From the IMG/VR virus record IMGVR_UViG_3300037042_000313, positions 1-61,978 of that record: DNA of 61,978 nucleotides. One strand, given 5' to 3'. A program made the position numbers and the translations under genes. This document shows, in pieces, positions 1 to 8,516 of this stretch; position 1 is the stretch's first letter; the number at the start of each line of letters is the position of its first letter. Under the pieces are notes generated by a model, which saw only the letters and a list, made by a program, of their open reading frames with translations, did no database searches and had not been told where the DNA came from. The stretch is from a virus. Taxonomy: Duplodnaviria > Caudoviricetes.

Positions 1-126
1 GCGGGATGTTGCCGAGAATGTAACAGAAAAATATATGGGGGTGGGGGGTGTACGAAAAGAAAAAGCATGGGGGTGGGTTCTAGGTACGTTCTCCGCCCAC
101 TCCCTAACCAGAATACAATATACCCT
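1..126. repeat. Terminal direct repeat, left copy (126 bp)
   Basis: Bases 1-126 are identical to 61830-61955; either a true DTR or an assembly overlap of a circular contig. Confidence 0.9.
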
Positions 127-548
127 CCCCCCCTGTGAAAACAAACTACAAAATACTATCCCCCCATCCCCGGCCCTAAAAAATGGGTATCTAACGAGCG
201 AAACACTGTGTATAGGAGCCCACCTCCCCTTACTGAAAAAATGGGTTGGTGGGGTCGCTCTGCTGGCATCGCCTAGATTTTTGACCCCCTCTGGCCCCCT
301 TGGGATCCCCTCGAACCCTGCTCCCGATAGCCTGAGCCTATCACGTGAGACATAGGCGCCCCTCGTGGCCGACACCTAACATTGTTGTGGCGGGAAAACA
401 ACATCGGCCACGCCGAAAAGCGACACACGAAAAAATACTTTCCCGCGTTATAAAAAGCCCCCTTTTTGTGGTACATTCTAGTCATCGGTTCAACGCGAAC
501 CGATACGGCTCGCCCCCCGGTTCTGGGGCTGCTTTGGAAGGGCTCAAA

Positions 549-1055
549 ATGAGCGCAAAGAAAATTGTGGTTTCGTCCACCGCGCCGGGTGCGCTGGTGA
601 CTCTTGAAGCGGCTCGTGGTGCTGCAGTAGCAGTAGCGGGTAAGACGGGCGAAGTGCTGCAGGTATACGCTGCGGCCTTGTGCGCGGCCTTTGACCTCGT
701 TGATTCGACCGGAAAGGTTACGTCGCGGTGGTTTGAGTTGAAAGGTAAGTTGAAAGCCCCTGTCACGAAGGAGCGTTCGGAGTTTAAGACCCAGATGGAA
801 GCCGCAGGTCACAAGGCCAACGTGCACGTTTACTGGCAACGTGTGAAACAAGCCAGCGGGTATGTCACCGCTGGCGATGCTGCCAAGGCCGCGCAATCGG
901 TGGACGATAAGACCCTCGCCGATCTCAAGACCATCTTGAACCGGATTTTCAAAGCCGAATCGGAATCGGTCGAGTGTGACGGGTCGAGCGAAGCGAAGGG
1001 GCTTTTGATTGAGGCGTTCGAATCGATGGGCGGCGACATCGAAAAGATAGGCTAA
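549..1055 (+). CDS. Hypothetical early protein (~168 aa)
   Basis: Part of ORF 345..1055; ATG 549 follows a purine-rich GGAAGGG; first gene of the + arm. Confidence 0.7.
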   Translation: MSAKKIVVSSTAPGALVTLEAARGAAVAVAGKTGEVLQVYAAALCAAFDLVDSTGKVTSRWFELKGKLKAPVTKERSEFKTQMEAAGHKANVHVYWQRVKQASGYVTAGDAAKAAQSVDDKTLADLKTILNRIFKAESESVECDGSSEAKGLLIEAFESMGGDIEKIG

Positions 1056-1059
1056 CCCT

Positions 1060-1111
1060 AGGGGGGCGCAAGCCCCCCTCTTGAAAACCTAGGGGCCGCG
1101 CAAGCGGCCCC
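1060..1111 (+). other. Two tandem GC-rich hairpins with GCAA tetraloops
   Basis: AGGGGGGC-GCAA-GCCCCCCT (1060-1079) and GGGGCCGC-GCAA-GCGGCCCC (1092-1111); no long U tail. Confidence 0.7.
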
Positions 1112-1128
1112 GCTCCGGAGAATCTAAA

Positions 1129-1392
1129 ATGGTCAACCTCGCAAAAATCCATGTCCCGCATGTCAGTTTCAACGACATCGAAGCAAAAATCGAAGCCCGC
1201 CACAATGAGAAAATTCTGCGGCTTGCCACCGCCGTCTCGTGTGAGCACGAGCACGAGGAACTGCGGAAAGACGTTTATTCCACCGACACCGATAGGGTCG
1301 AAGAATTCCTCGCCGCTGTCGCCATCGAAGTGAAACTGCACAAGAAACTGCAGGACGCGCTTTTCACGCTGGCTTGCAACAACATCTGCTAG
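1129..1392 (+). CDS. Hypothetical protein (87 aa)
   Basis: GGAGA SD upstream of ATG; followed by a terminator. Confidence 0.7.
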   Translation: MVNLAKIHVPHVSFNDIEAKIEARHNEKILRLATAVSCEHEHEELRKDVYSTDTDRVEEFLAAVAIEVKLHKKLQDALFTLACNNIC

Positions 1393-1409
1393 CCCCTTCT
1401 CTGCTAGTC

Positions 1410-1435
1410 AAAGCCCCCGAAAGGGGGCTTTTTTT
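1410..1435 (+). terminator. Rho-independent terminator
   Basis: AAAGCCCCC-GAAA-GGGGGC followed by 7 T. Confidence 0.9.
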
Positions 1436-1542
1436 CGTCCGTCGATTCCATGTCCGCAACGCCTGAGCCGGACCGGACCACCCCCTCAAGACTCTCTTGA
1501 TCTTTTTCGTCCGTCTAGATGGTCTAGAAATTTTTTCGCCCG

Positions 1543-1788
1543 CCAGTTCTCTGTGCGGCGGCTGCGAGGGTGTGTCGGATTGCGCTGTGGCTCTCGACGT
1601 ATTCCGTACAACAATGTTATGGATCGGGACCACTTTCCACCAGTTCTCTGTGCGGCGGCTGCGACGGGGTTTTTTATCGTCCGAGCGGTTCGTAGGACGA
1701 TACCAAGGTTTTTGGCCAAAGTCCATAGGGGAAACCCTAACTTTGTTAGATTTCTTGAATGTCCGCCAGTTCTCTGTGCGGCGGCTGC
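1543..1788. repeat. Three exact copies of 23-bp CCAGTTCTCTGTGCGGCGGCTGC
   Basis: Copies at 1543-1565, 1640-1662, 1766-1788; spacers 74 and 103 bp; region appears non-coding. Confidence 0.9.
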
Positions 1789-1799
1789 TAACAAAGTTA

Positions 1800-2300
1800 T
1801 GAATGTTACGCCTAATGTTACAGAAAAAGTGTATATGTTACGTGACACATTGCGCTAAGTCCTTGATTTTAAAGCAATGTTACGTGTTACGTTTTTTCAG
1901 GGTTTTTTATGAAATCCCACCAAGTACAAAACGGTGAAAAACGCAGCCATGAGCAATTCGTACTACCAAAGTCATTTTGGTGGCCATTCATATATACTCA
2001 TAACATTATAACTTTATAACATTACAAACATTTTTTCTTTTTTCTTCAATCAAATCAAGGACTTAGCGTGTTACGTCTTTTGTAGCCTTTTCACACTCCC
2101 CCCGCAATTTCGTAACATCTTTCGTAACACCACCCTGCCCCGAAACGTAACACTGCCCAACCCGCACCAGATGCCCGCCAACACCTCACCAATGCCCGAA
2201 ACGTAACATTACCCCAAACACACCAAAAGCCCGAAACGTAACATTACCAAAACCAGACCAAAAACCCACAACACCCCCGAAACGTAACATTGTTAGCCCC
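1800..2300. promoter_or_regulatory. Putative replication origin (iteron-like repeats, inverted repeat, AT-rich core)
   Basis: TGTTAC(G) x6 at 1804-2075, then CGTAACA x6 at 2111-2289; CCCGAAACGTAACA x4 (2139, 2195, 2230, 2276); 17-bp inverted repeat 1853-1869 / 2052-2068 around an AT-rich stretch; no ORF. Confidence 0.55.
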
Positions 2301-2335
2301 CACCAGATGCACAACCTACTCGCACCCCAATTTGC

Positions 2336-2364
2336 TTGACATTAGACCCTTTTTGTGTTATACT
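2336..2364 (+). promoter_or_regulatory. Sigma70-type early promoter
   Basis: TTGACA-17 bp-TATACT. Confidence 0.85.
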
Positions 2365-2460
2365 ATAGGTTGAGTGGGAATTTAGTTGTTAGTTAGGTTT
2401 GGAATCCGCCCGACCTAACTTTGTTAGAAGTTAGACCGTTCAACCATTAGGAGTAACGAA

Positions 2461-2622
2461 ATGATCCTGAGAACCAGCAACCCGTTCGTCCGTGCCGTGT
2501 GCGCAATCACCCGCTCCCTGCCCTACGCAGTCCGCTCACGCTTGCCCCTGTACATCTACCACGTGCGCGTCGGCAACGACTGCACTAACTTTGTTAGGGT
2601 TTCTTTTACGTTTACTGTTTGA
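2461..2622 (+). CDS. Small hypothetical protein (53 aa, not in ORF track)
   Basis: AGGAG SD then ATG; MILRTSNPFVRAV...FTFTV; first gene after the promoter. Confidence 0.6.
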   Translation: MILRTSNPFVRAVCAITRSLPYAVRSRLPLYIYHVRVGNDCTNFVRVSFTFTV

Positions 2623-2870
2623 GGGGGGATGAGATGAACAACAGAGTGAACAACCGCAACCTTGATTGGTCTGAGTGCCCCCTATGCGGGGATGATGTGA
2701 ACTCCGAGCGCATCGGGCTCGGCTACGTATTGTGCATGTGCTGCGGTGAGGAAGCAGCCCAACAAGTCAAGCACACCATCGTGCCCATGAACAAGTCGAA
2801 CTACATCTACGTCAGTCCCGGTAACCTAACATTGTTAGCCCAACTCAACCCCAAGAGGACCACAGCATGA
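2619..2870 (+). CDS. C4 zinc-finger protein (DksA/TraR-finger-like spacing)
   Basis: CPLCG...ERIGLGYVLCMCC; true start probably ATG 2634. Confidence 0.6.
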   Translation: MRGDEMNNRVNNRNLDWSECPLCGDDVNSERIGLGYVLCMCCGEEAAQQVKHTIVPMNKSNYIYVSPGNLTLLAQLNPKRTTA

Positions 2871-3115
2871 ACATCGACCGCAACACACTAGAAGCGCAAT
2901 ACATAGAACGCATCCTAGAAAGCATGGACTTGGATACGTTGGTAATGATTGCTCAAGAACACCTAGAGGGTGAGTTCAAGAAGTTCTCAGACGAAGAACT
3001 GCACAGCGAAGTAGCCATGCACTACCCCGACTTGCTCGACTTAGAGGAAACCGACTGGAAACAAGAGGGCCGTGACCTTGAGGACTTCGACATGCACACG
3101 AAGGAAGCACGATGA
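2867..3115 (+). CDS. Acidic hypothetical protein (82 aa)
   Basis: ATGA overlap with upstream gene; very D/E-rich. Confidence 0.7.
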   Translation: MNIDRNTLEAQYIERILESMDLDTLVMIAQEHLEGEFKKFSDEELHSEVAMHYPDLLDLEETDWKQEGRDLEDFDMHTKEAR

Positions 3116-3213
3116 AAACGAGACGGGAAATACTAGCCCTAGCCTTTTTGTACTGCGTATACGCCGCTGCCCTTGTGGTGACTGCGTTGGATGTCTTTTA
3201 CTGGAGGCCATGA
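3112..3213 (+). CDS. Small membrane peptide (33 aa)
   Basis: MKTRREILALAFLYCVYAAALVVTALDVFYWRP; ATGA overlap; one hydrophobic helix. Confidence 0.55.
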   Translation: MKTRREILALAFLYCVYAAALVVTALDVFYWRP

Positions 3214-3250
3214 TGAGCAGCAAAGAGCACAACGAAGGGAGAGCCTAACA

Positions 3251-3367
3251 ATGTTAGTTTTCTACAGTGGGAAACTGATCGTCATCGAGACGAACCTAGA
3301 GTGGGCACTGCCCTACTGGAAACGCCGCAAGGCATCAGACAAACGCATTACTTTCATCATCAACTAA
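3251..3367 (+). CDS. Small hypothetical protein (38 aa)
   Basis: GGGAGA SD; ATG lies inside palindrome 3245-3257; MLVFYSGKLIVIETNLEWALPYW... Confidence 0.5.
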   Translation: MLVFYSGKLIVIETNLEWALPYWKRRKASDKRITFIIN

Positions 3368-3393
3368 CCAAGCCAACACCAAGGAGAAATGAC

Positions 3394-4593
3394 ATGTGGG
3401 GATCAAACAGCACCATGAACAACCTGCCGCACGTACGCGAGTACGACCACGCACTCAAGATACTCAACACCACCAAGCCAATCAGCGGCAGTGGGCACAA
3501 CGCTGGGCGCGTACCTCTCGGTGCGCGTAAAGATGTGAGTAAGTATTGGGCTAGGTCGGGCTCGGTGGATGCCACCGATGTGGAGTTCATCCTCTACCAA
3601 ACGCCCATCATCACGTACAAAGCAGACGGGCGCATCATCGTCAGCATGGGCTCATGGAACAGCATCACCACCCGTGAGTTCATCAACACCATCTTGCGCG
3701 TCTCATGCTATGCCAAGAGTGGGAAGCCTGTGATTGAGTTGCACGGGCCAAGGAATGAAGACGGGACAGGCAACCCCAAGTCAATCATCCCTCATGCGGG
3801 AATCCTCCTGCGGTGCAACAAAACGCCCGACTCAAACTCCCAACCAGTTCTCACCTTCGACACCGAGGCCAAGCCCGTCATCATGGGCTACAGCATCAAC
3901 CGAGCCAAGGCTAACAATGTTAGAAAACGCTATTCGGAGTTCCGCAAGTACCTCAAGACAACAATATCCCTGCGCAAAACGCAGGTAGAGATAACGCACA
4001 CTTGGTACCACGGGATGAGACAGGCTGAGACCGAACCGACCTTCTACGATGCCATCGAGTACACCATCGGCGAGGTTGCCGACGGGCTCGGGATTGTCAA
4101 AGCCACATCAGAAAACGGGCTCAACCGCAGCCGAGTGAATCAGGCCGAGTGGAACCAACTGCACCGCAAGCCAGTGGGTCACATCCGTCCGCAGGGGTTC
4201 AACACGTACGAGCAATGGATTGCTCAGTACACAGCCAAGTGCGAGGAGTTCTTTGGTCTGGTCAAGAACAACCAGCCGGAGGAGACAAAGCACGCCAACT
4301 TCTACAAGGCGTTTTTAGTTCTGCTATGTATGCACGCACCGAACAGCCGACAGGCGCACTCAATCGAAGACCCATCTAAAGTGGTGAGCACTACGCCGAG
4401 GGACATAGAGACGAACTTTGAAGGAGCGTTCCGCAGGTACTACGCTGCTGATATCTTGGAAGAAGTAGCCATGAAGGGCGGCGTGCCACCGAACAAGACC
4501 TACATCGAGTGGATGTGGATGCACAACAGAGAAACCGTTAGCCAAGCAGAGCAGCGAGAGGTGGAAGACAAGAAGACTTCTATCCGCCTTTGA
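3394..4593 (+). CDS. Hypothetical early protein (~399 aa)
   Basis: Long ORF 3301..4593; AAGGAG SD before ATG 3394; no family recognised. Confidence 0.8.
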   Translation: MWGSNSTMNNLPHVREYDHALKILNTTKPISGSGHNAGRVPLGARKDVSKYWARSGSVDATDVEFILYQTPIITYKADGRIIVSMGSWNSITTREFINTILRVSCYAKSGKPVIELHGPRNEDGTGNPKSIIPHAGILLRCNKTPDSNSQPVLTFDTEAKPVIMGYSINRAKANNVRKRYSEFRKYLKTTISLRKTQVEITHTWYHGMRQAETEPTFYDAIEYTIGEVADGLGIVKATSENGLNRSRVNQAEWNQLHRKPVGHIRPQGFNTYEQWIAQYTAKCEEFFGLVKNNQPEETKHANFYKAFLVLLCMHAPNSRQAHSIEDPSKVVSTTPRDIETNFEGAFRRYYAADILEEVAMKGGVPPNKTYIEWMWMHNRETVSQAEQREVEDKKTSIRL

Positions 4594-4630
4594 GCAGGGG
4601 AAACACCAACCAACACGTAACCCGATTTGC

Positions 4631-4659
4631 TTGACATTAGAGGCTATTTGTGGTATACT
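4631..4659 (+). promoter_or_regulatory. Sigma70-type early promoter (paralogue of 2336-2364)
   Basis: TTGACA-17 bp-TATACT with near-identical flanks and leader. Confidence 0.85.
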
Positions 4660-4750
4660 ATAGGTTAAGTGGGAATTTGTTTGTTAGTAGTTAGGTTTGG
4701 ATGGGCCAGACCTAACATTGTTAGTTTGTTAGTTCATTAGGAGTTTAGAC

Positions 4751-5815
4751 ATGGCTGAGATCAACTTTGGTAAGACCGTTACCCTGAAGCAAGCGGCAAC
4801 GCTTATCCGTACGAACCCAGAGACACGCTTCCTCTTGCAAGGCGAGCCGGGCATCGGCAAGAGTTCTTTGCTTGAGTCCATTGCAGGTGGGCTGGGTTAC
4901 GAACATGCGTATATCGACGTACCCAATATGGACCTCGGTGACATTGCAATGCCCGTGATCGATCACGATAACAAAGTTACACGCTACTACCCGAACGCTC
5001 GGTTCGGTGTGCATACGGGCAAGCCGTTGGTCATCATGCTCGACGAGTTCTCGAAGGGCGCGGACCCGGTGAAGAACATGCTCCACCCGATGTTGGAGAA
5101 GGCGAACCCCCGACTCGGCGACATTCCACTGGCTAAGGACACCATCGTTTTCCTCACGGGCAACCTGTCCACCGACGGCGTAGGCGACAGCCTCAAAGCG
5201 CACTCGCGTAACCGACTCGTTGCCGTTACTGTGTCCAAGCCCAGCGCAGAGGAGTGGATCGAGTGGGCGATCAACAAGGGCATCGAGGCCGAGGTCATCG
5301 CATGGGTGAATCAGTACCCCCACGCCCTCGCTTCCTATACCGACGCTGCCCAAGGGGATAACCCCTACATCTACCACCCACGCAAAACGCAGCACGGGTT
5401 TGTCACCCCACGTAGCCTTGAGACTGCATCTAACATTGTTAGAACACGCAAGTTGAACGACACCGACAGCGTTATCGCTGCTCTGTCAGGTGCAGTGGGT
5501 GAGAGTGCAGCCCGTGATATGCAAGCGTACATCGAGTTCAGCGATCAACTCCCAACGTGGGAGGCGACGATCAAGAACCCAGAGACAACGCCTGTGCCTA
5601 CGTCACCAGCAGCATGTGCCATCGTGTGCTTTGGTGCTATCGCACGTATGACCAAGGAGACGATCACCCCGTTCATGAAGTACCTCGAACGCTTCGATCC
5701 AGAGTGGCAAGCCGTGTTCGCAATCAACATCGCCAAGGCACCAACCAAGCAATCAATCGCGTTCAGCAGCAAGGCGTTCGCCGACTGGGTTGCAAAGAAC
5801 CAAGACTTGCTGTGA
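4751..5815 (+). CDS. MoxR-like AAA+ ATPase
   Basis: Walker A GEPGIGKS, Walker B IMLDE, TPRS motif; adjacent to a VWA gene. Confidence 0.88.
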   Translation: MAEINFGKTVTLKQAATLIRTNPETRFLLQGEPGIGKSSLLESIAGGLGYEHAYIDVPNMDLGDIAMPVIDHDNKVTRYYPNARFGVHTGKPLVIMLDEFSKGADPVKNMLHPMLEKANPRLGDIPLAKDTIVFLTGNLSTDGVGDSLKAHSRNRLVAVTVSKPSAEEWIEWAINKGIEAEVIAWVNQYPHALASYTDAAQGDNPYIYHPRKTQHGFVTPRSLETASNIVRTRKLNDTDSVIAALSGAVGESAARDMQAYIEFSDQLPTWEATIKNPETTPVPTSPAACAIVCFGAIARMTKETITPFMKYLERFDPEWQAVFAINIAKAPTKQSIAFSSKAFADWVAKNQDLL

Positions 5816-6027
5816 GGGTCAAGCAATCAAGTCACTACCCCGATGACACGGGGACCCACACCTACAAAGTGTGGGTTGAACCAAACTTTCCGGGCGGGGA
5901 TAAACCCTCCACGTTCCGGGTGTACCGTGGCCTTGGGTACTGGAACCGCAAGCAGTTGCTAGCGGAATTCCCGTACCACGAAGAACACATCGCCATTGCA
6001 ATGGCTAAGTTAGCAACACAGGAGTGA
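5812..6027 (+). CDS. Hypothetical protein (~71 aa)
   Basis: 3' part of ORF 5557..6027; GTG overlaps the ATPase stop and the ORF fills the gap. Confidence 0.5.
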   Translation: MRVKQSSHYPDDTGTHTYKVWVEPNFPGGDKPSTFRVYRGLGYWNRKQLLAEFPYHEEHIAIAMAKLATQE

Positions 6028-6032
6028 TAACA

Positions 6033-7283
6033 ATGTTAGAAGAACGCAAACTGCAGAAGGCGAAGATCAGCCTGATGCGCAATCCGAAGTTCGCCCTGTG
6101 GTCGGGCATCCTGATGGTCGGCAAGACCAGCGTGGTGGACAACATCCCAACCGCTTGCACCAACGGACGGGACGAGCAGTACGGTCGGGCTTTCGTTAAG
6201 TCCCTGCCCGACAAAGAACTCTCGTTCCTCGTACTGCACGAGGCATTGCACAAAGCACTGCGGCACCTGACCACGTGGCGGAAGTTGCACGATGAGAACG
6301 CGAAGCTCGCCAATGCAGCGTGTGACTACGTGATTAACCTGATGCTGCTCGACCTCGATCCGTCAGGCGAAGCGATCACCATGCCCAAGATCAAGGACGG
6401 TCCCGAGAAGGGCAAGCCGATGGGCTTGATCGACGCTCGGTTCAAGGGGATGAACGCCAAGCAAGTGTTCGACCTGCTCAAGCAGGAGCAGCAAGAGGGT
6501 GAGGACGGGATTCCCGATGACGGAAACGGGAACCCCGTTAACGGGACTGGGCAGGTGCCGAAGGATGGTGCGGGGTTGGACGACCACGACTGGGACGGTG
6601 CCGCCGAGATGACCGAGGGTGAGCGCAAGCAACTCGAACGGGAAGTGGATCAGGCTATCCGTCAAGGGATCATGGCTGAGAAGAAGGCAGGTAGGGGTGC
6701 GGGCAACCTGAGCCGCGAGTTGCAGGACTTGCTCGAACCCAAGGTGAATTGGCGCGAGGCATTGCGTGAGTTCGTTAAGTCTACGTGCCACGCTAAGGAT
6801 GCATCGTCATGGCGTCGGGTCAATCGCCGCTTCCTCAGCACGGGTGTGTATATGCCGAGCATGATCGGCGAGAAGGTCGGGCACTTGGTCATCGCTGTGG
6901 ATACGTCAGGCTCGGTTGGTGAGAAGGAGTTGGCCGAGTTCCTGTCCGAGGTCAAGGGTGTTGCCGAGGAGGTCAACCCCGACAAGGTGGACTTGATCTA
7001 TTGGGATTCACGAGTTGCAGCGCACGAGGAGTACGAGGGAGGTGGGGATGTTTCTAACATTGTTAGCTCGACCAAGCCCAAGGGCGGTGGCGGTACATCG
7101 CCGAGTTGCATCTCTGAGTTCTTGGCTAACAAGAAGATTACTCCCGAGTGCGTCATCGTCCTCACCGACGGCTACGTGGGTTCAGATTGGGGTCATGGAT
7201 GGACGGCTCCGGTACTCTGGGCCATCGTGGGTGGGAATACTGTTGTCGCGCCGAATGGCAAGACGGTTCATGTTGGAAGTTAA
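6033..7283 (+). CDS. Metallopeptidase (HExxH) + VWA-domain protein (DUF2201-like)
   Basis: LHEALH, NAACDYVIN, MIDAS DTSGS, GGGGT, LTDG; ATG 6033 lies inside a palindrome. Confidence 0.88.
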   Translation: MLEERKLQKAKISLMRNPKFALWSGILMVGKTSVVDNIPTACTNGRDEQYGRAFVKSLPDKELSFLVLHEALHKALRHLTTWRKLHDENAKLANAACDYVINLMLLDLDPSGEAITMPKIKDGPEKGKPMGLIDARFKGMNAKQVFDLLKQEQQEGEDGIPDDGNGNPVNGTGQVPKDGAGLDDHDWDGAAEMTEGERKQLEREVDQAIRQGIMAEKKAGRGAGNLSRELQDLLEPKVNWREALREFVKSTCHAKDASSWRRVNRRFLSTGVYMPSMIGEKVGHLVIAVDTSGSVGEKELAEFLSEVKGVAEEVNPDKVDLIYWDSRVAAHEEYEGGGDVSNIVSSTKPKGGGGTSPSCISEFLANKKITPECVIVLTDGYVGSDWGHGWTAPVLWAIVGGNTVVAPNGKTVHVGS

Positions 7284-7293
7284 GGAGAACGAA

Positions 7294-7515
7294 ATGGTTG
7301 TACTTTCATTTAACTACGGGGAGTTTGTTCTCCCTCCCAAGGATGCCATCACCATCATGGAGATGCTGCAGAAGGCAGAGAAGTACGAGACCAAGTACAT
7401 AAGCGGTGGGGATAGCACCCACCACATCTACACGAACAACGATAGTTTCACCGCCAAGGTAATTAGCGATGACATGTATCGCATGGCTAAGTTGGCTGGC
7501 AAGCCAGAGAAGTAA
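7294..7515 (+). CDS. Hypothetical protein (73 aa)
   Basis: TAAGGAG SD before ATG 7294. Confidence 0.7.
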   Translation: MVVLSFNYGEFVLPPKDAITIMEMLQKAEKYETKYISGGDSTHHIYTNNDSFTAKVISDDMYRMAKLAGKPEK

Positions 7516-7638
7516 CACCCGAGATGCACGGTAACACCAACAAAGTTATCGTGCGCCCATAACCCCCGCCAGTTCCCCCCGCCACCGGTCGGACACCGGT
7601 AACAATGTTAGATATAAATCAATCATCAGGAGTTAGTT

Positions 7639-8502
7639 ATGTCTATTAGCGCATCAGCAGTATTAGTTGAACTCAACATCTCAGTGTGGCCCGCAAGCAA
7701 GATCGACCGCGAGACCACTGAGCGTGTCAACTTCGACGCATCAGCAGTGTCGAACGCAAGCCAGACCAAGAAGAACCTGTTCGCAGGTACGGGTCTGCGT
7801 AAGGACATCGAGAAGTTCGCCGCTCGTGTTCGCCTGTACCACAACCTCAACACGCTGCCGTGGGCAGACAAGGGTGAGCGCCTCGCGCCGACCAAGTTGT
7901 TCATCGAGTACAAGGCAGCGATGAATACGTTCGAGTCCCAATTCCACGGTATGTGCAGCAACTTCTTCGTGGAGTATCCGCGTCTGGTTTCGGAAGCACC
8001 GACCAACTTAGGCAAGCTGTTCCGCGCCGACGACTACCCACCAATCGAGGAGGTGCGGGAGAAGTTCGCCTTCCGTAGATCAACGAATCCTCTGGCGGAC
8101 GCTGGAGATTTTCGCTTAGACATACCAGCGCAGGACTTGGCTGAGATTCAGGCGTCGTACGAGGAGAAGTTCAATGAGCGTCTGGCCGAGGCGATGAAGG
8201 CACCGTGGGATCGACTGCACAAGATGCTCACGGGCATCAGCGACAAGCTGACCGATGACACGGCTGAGGATAGCGACGTACCCAAGAAGCGGTATTACGA
8301 CAGCCTCATCACCAACCCGCTTGAGTTGTGCGACTTGTTGACCAAGCTCAACGTGACCAACGACCCCAAGCTGGAAGAGGCGCGTCGGCAGTTGGAACTA
8401 ACAATGTTAGCCACTGACATTGAGCGTATCAAGGAGGATGCAGATACACGCAGCAGCGTGAAGTCCAAGGTCGATGCGATCTTGAGTAAGTTCGAGTGGT
8501 AA
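7639..8502 (+). CDS. Conserved phage protein, DUF3150-like (287 aa)
   Basis: AGGAG SD; helical protein of the type that accompanies phage AAA/VWA pairs; family name from recall. Confidence 0.6.
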   Translation: MSISASAVLVELNISVWPASKIDRETTERVNFDASAVSNASQTKKNLFAGTGLRKDIEKFAARVRLYHNLNTLPWADKGERLAPTKLFIEYKAAMNTFESQFHGMCSNFFVEYPRLVSEAPTNLGKLFRADDYPPIEEVREKFAFRRSTNPLADAGDFRLDIPAQDLAEIQASYEEKFNERLAEAMKAPWDRLHKMLTGISDKLTDDTAEDSDVPKKRYYDSLITNPLELCDLLTKLNVTNDPKLEEARRQLELTMLATDIERIKEDADTRSSVKSKVDAILSKFEW

Positions 8503-8516
8503 TCAGGAGAAACGAA

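Noticed and set aside
1543-1788. CRISPR mini-array
   Set aside because: Spacers are 74 and 103 bp (too long and unequal), the repeat lacks clear dyad symmetry or a GAAA(C/G) end, and there is no cas operon
1364-1858. Overlapping 100-120 aa ORFs across the repeat region
   Set aside because: Four mutually overlapping frames without good SD, downstream of a terminator; best explained as non-coding repeats
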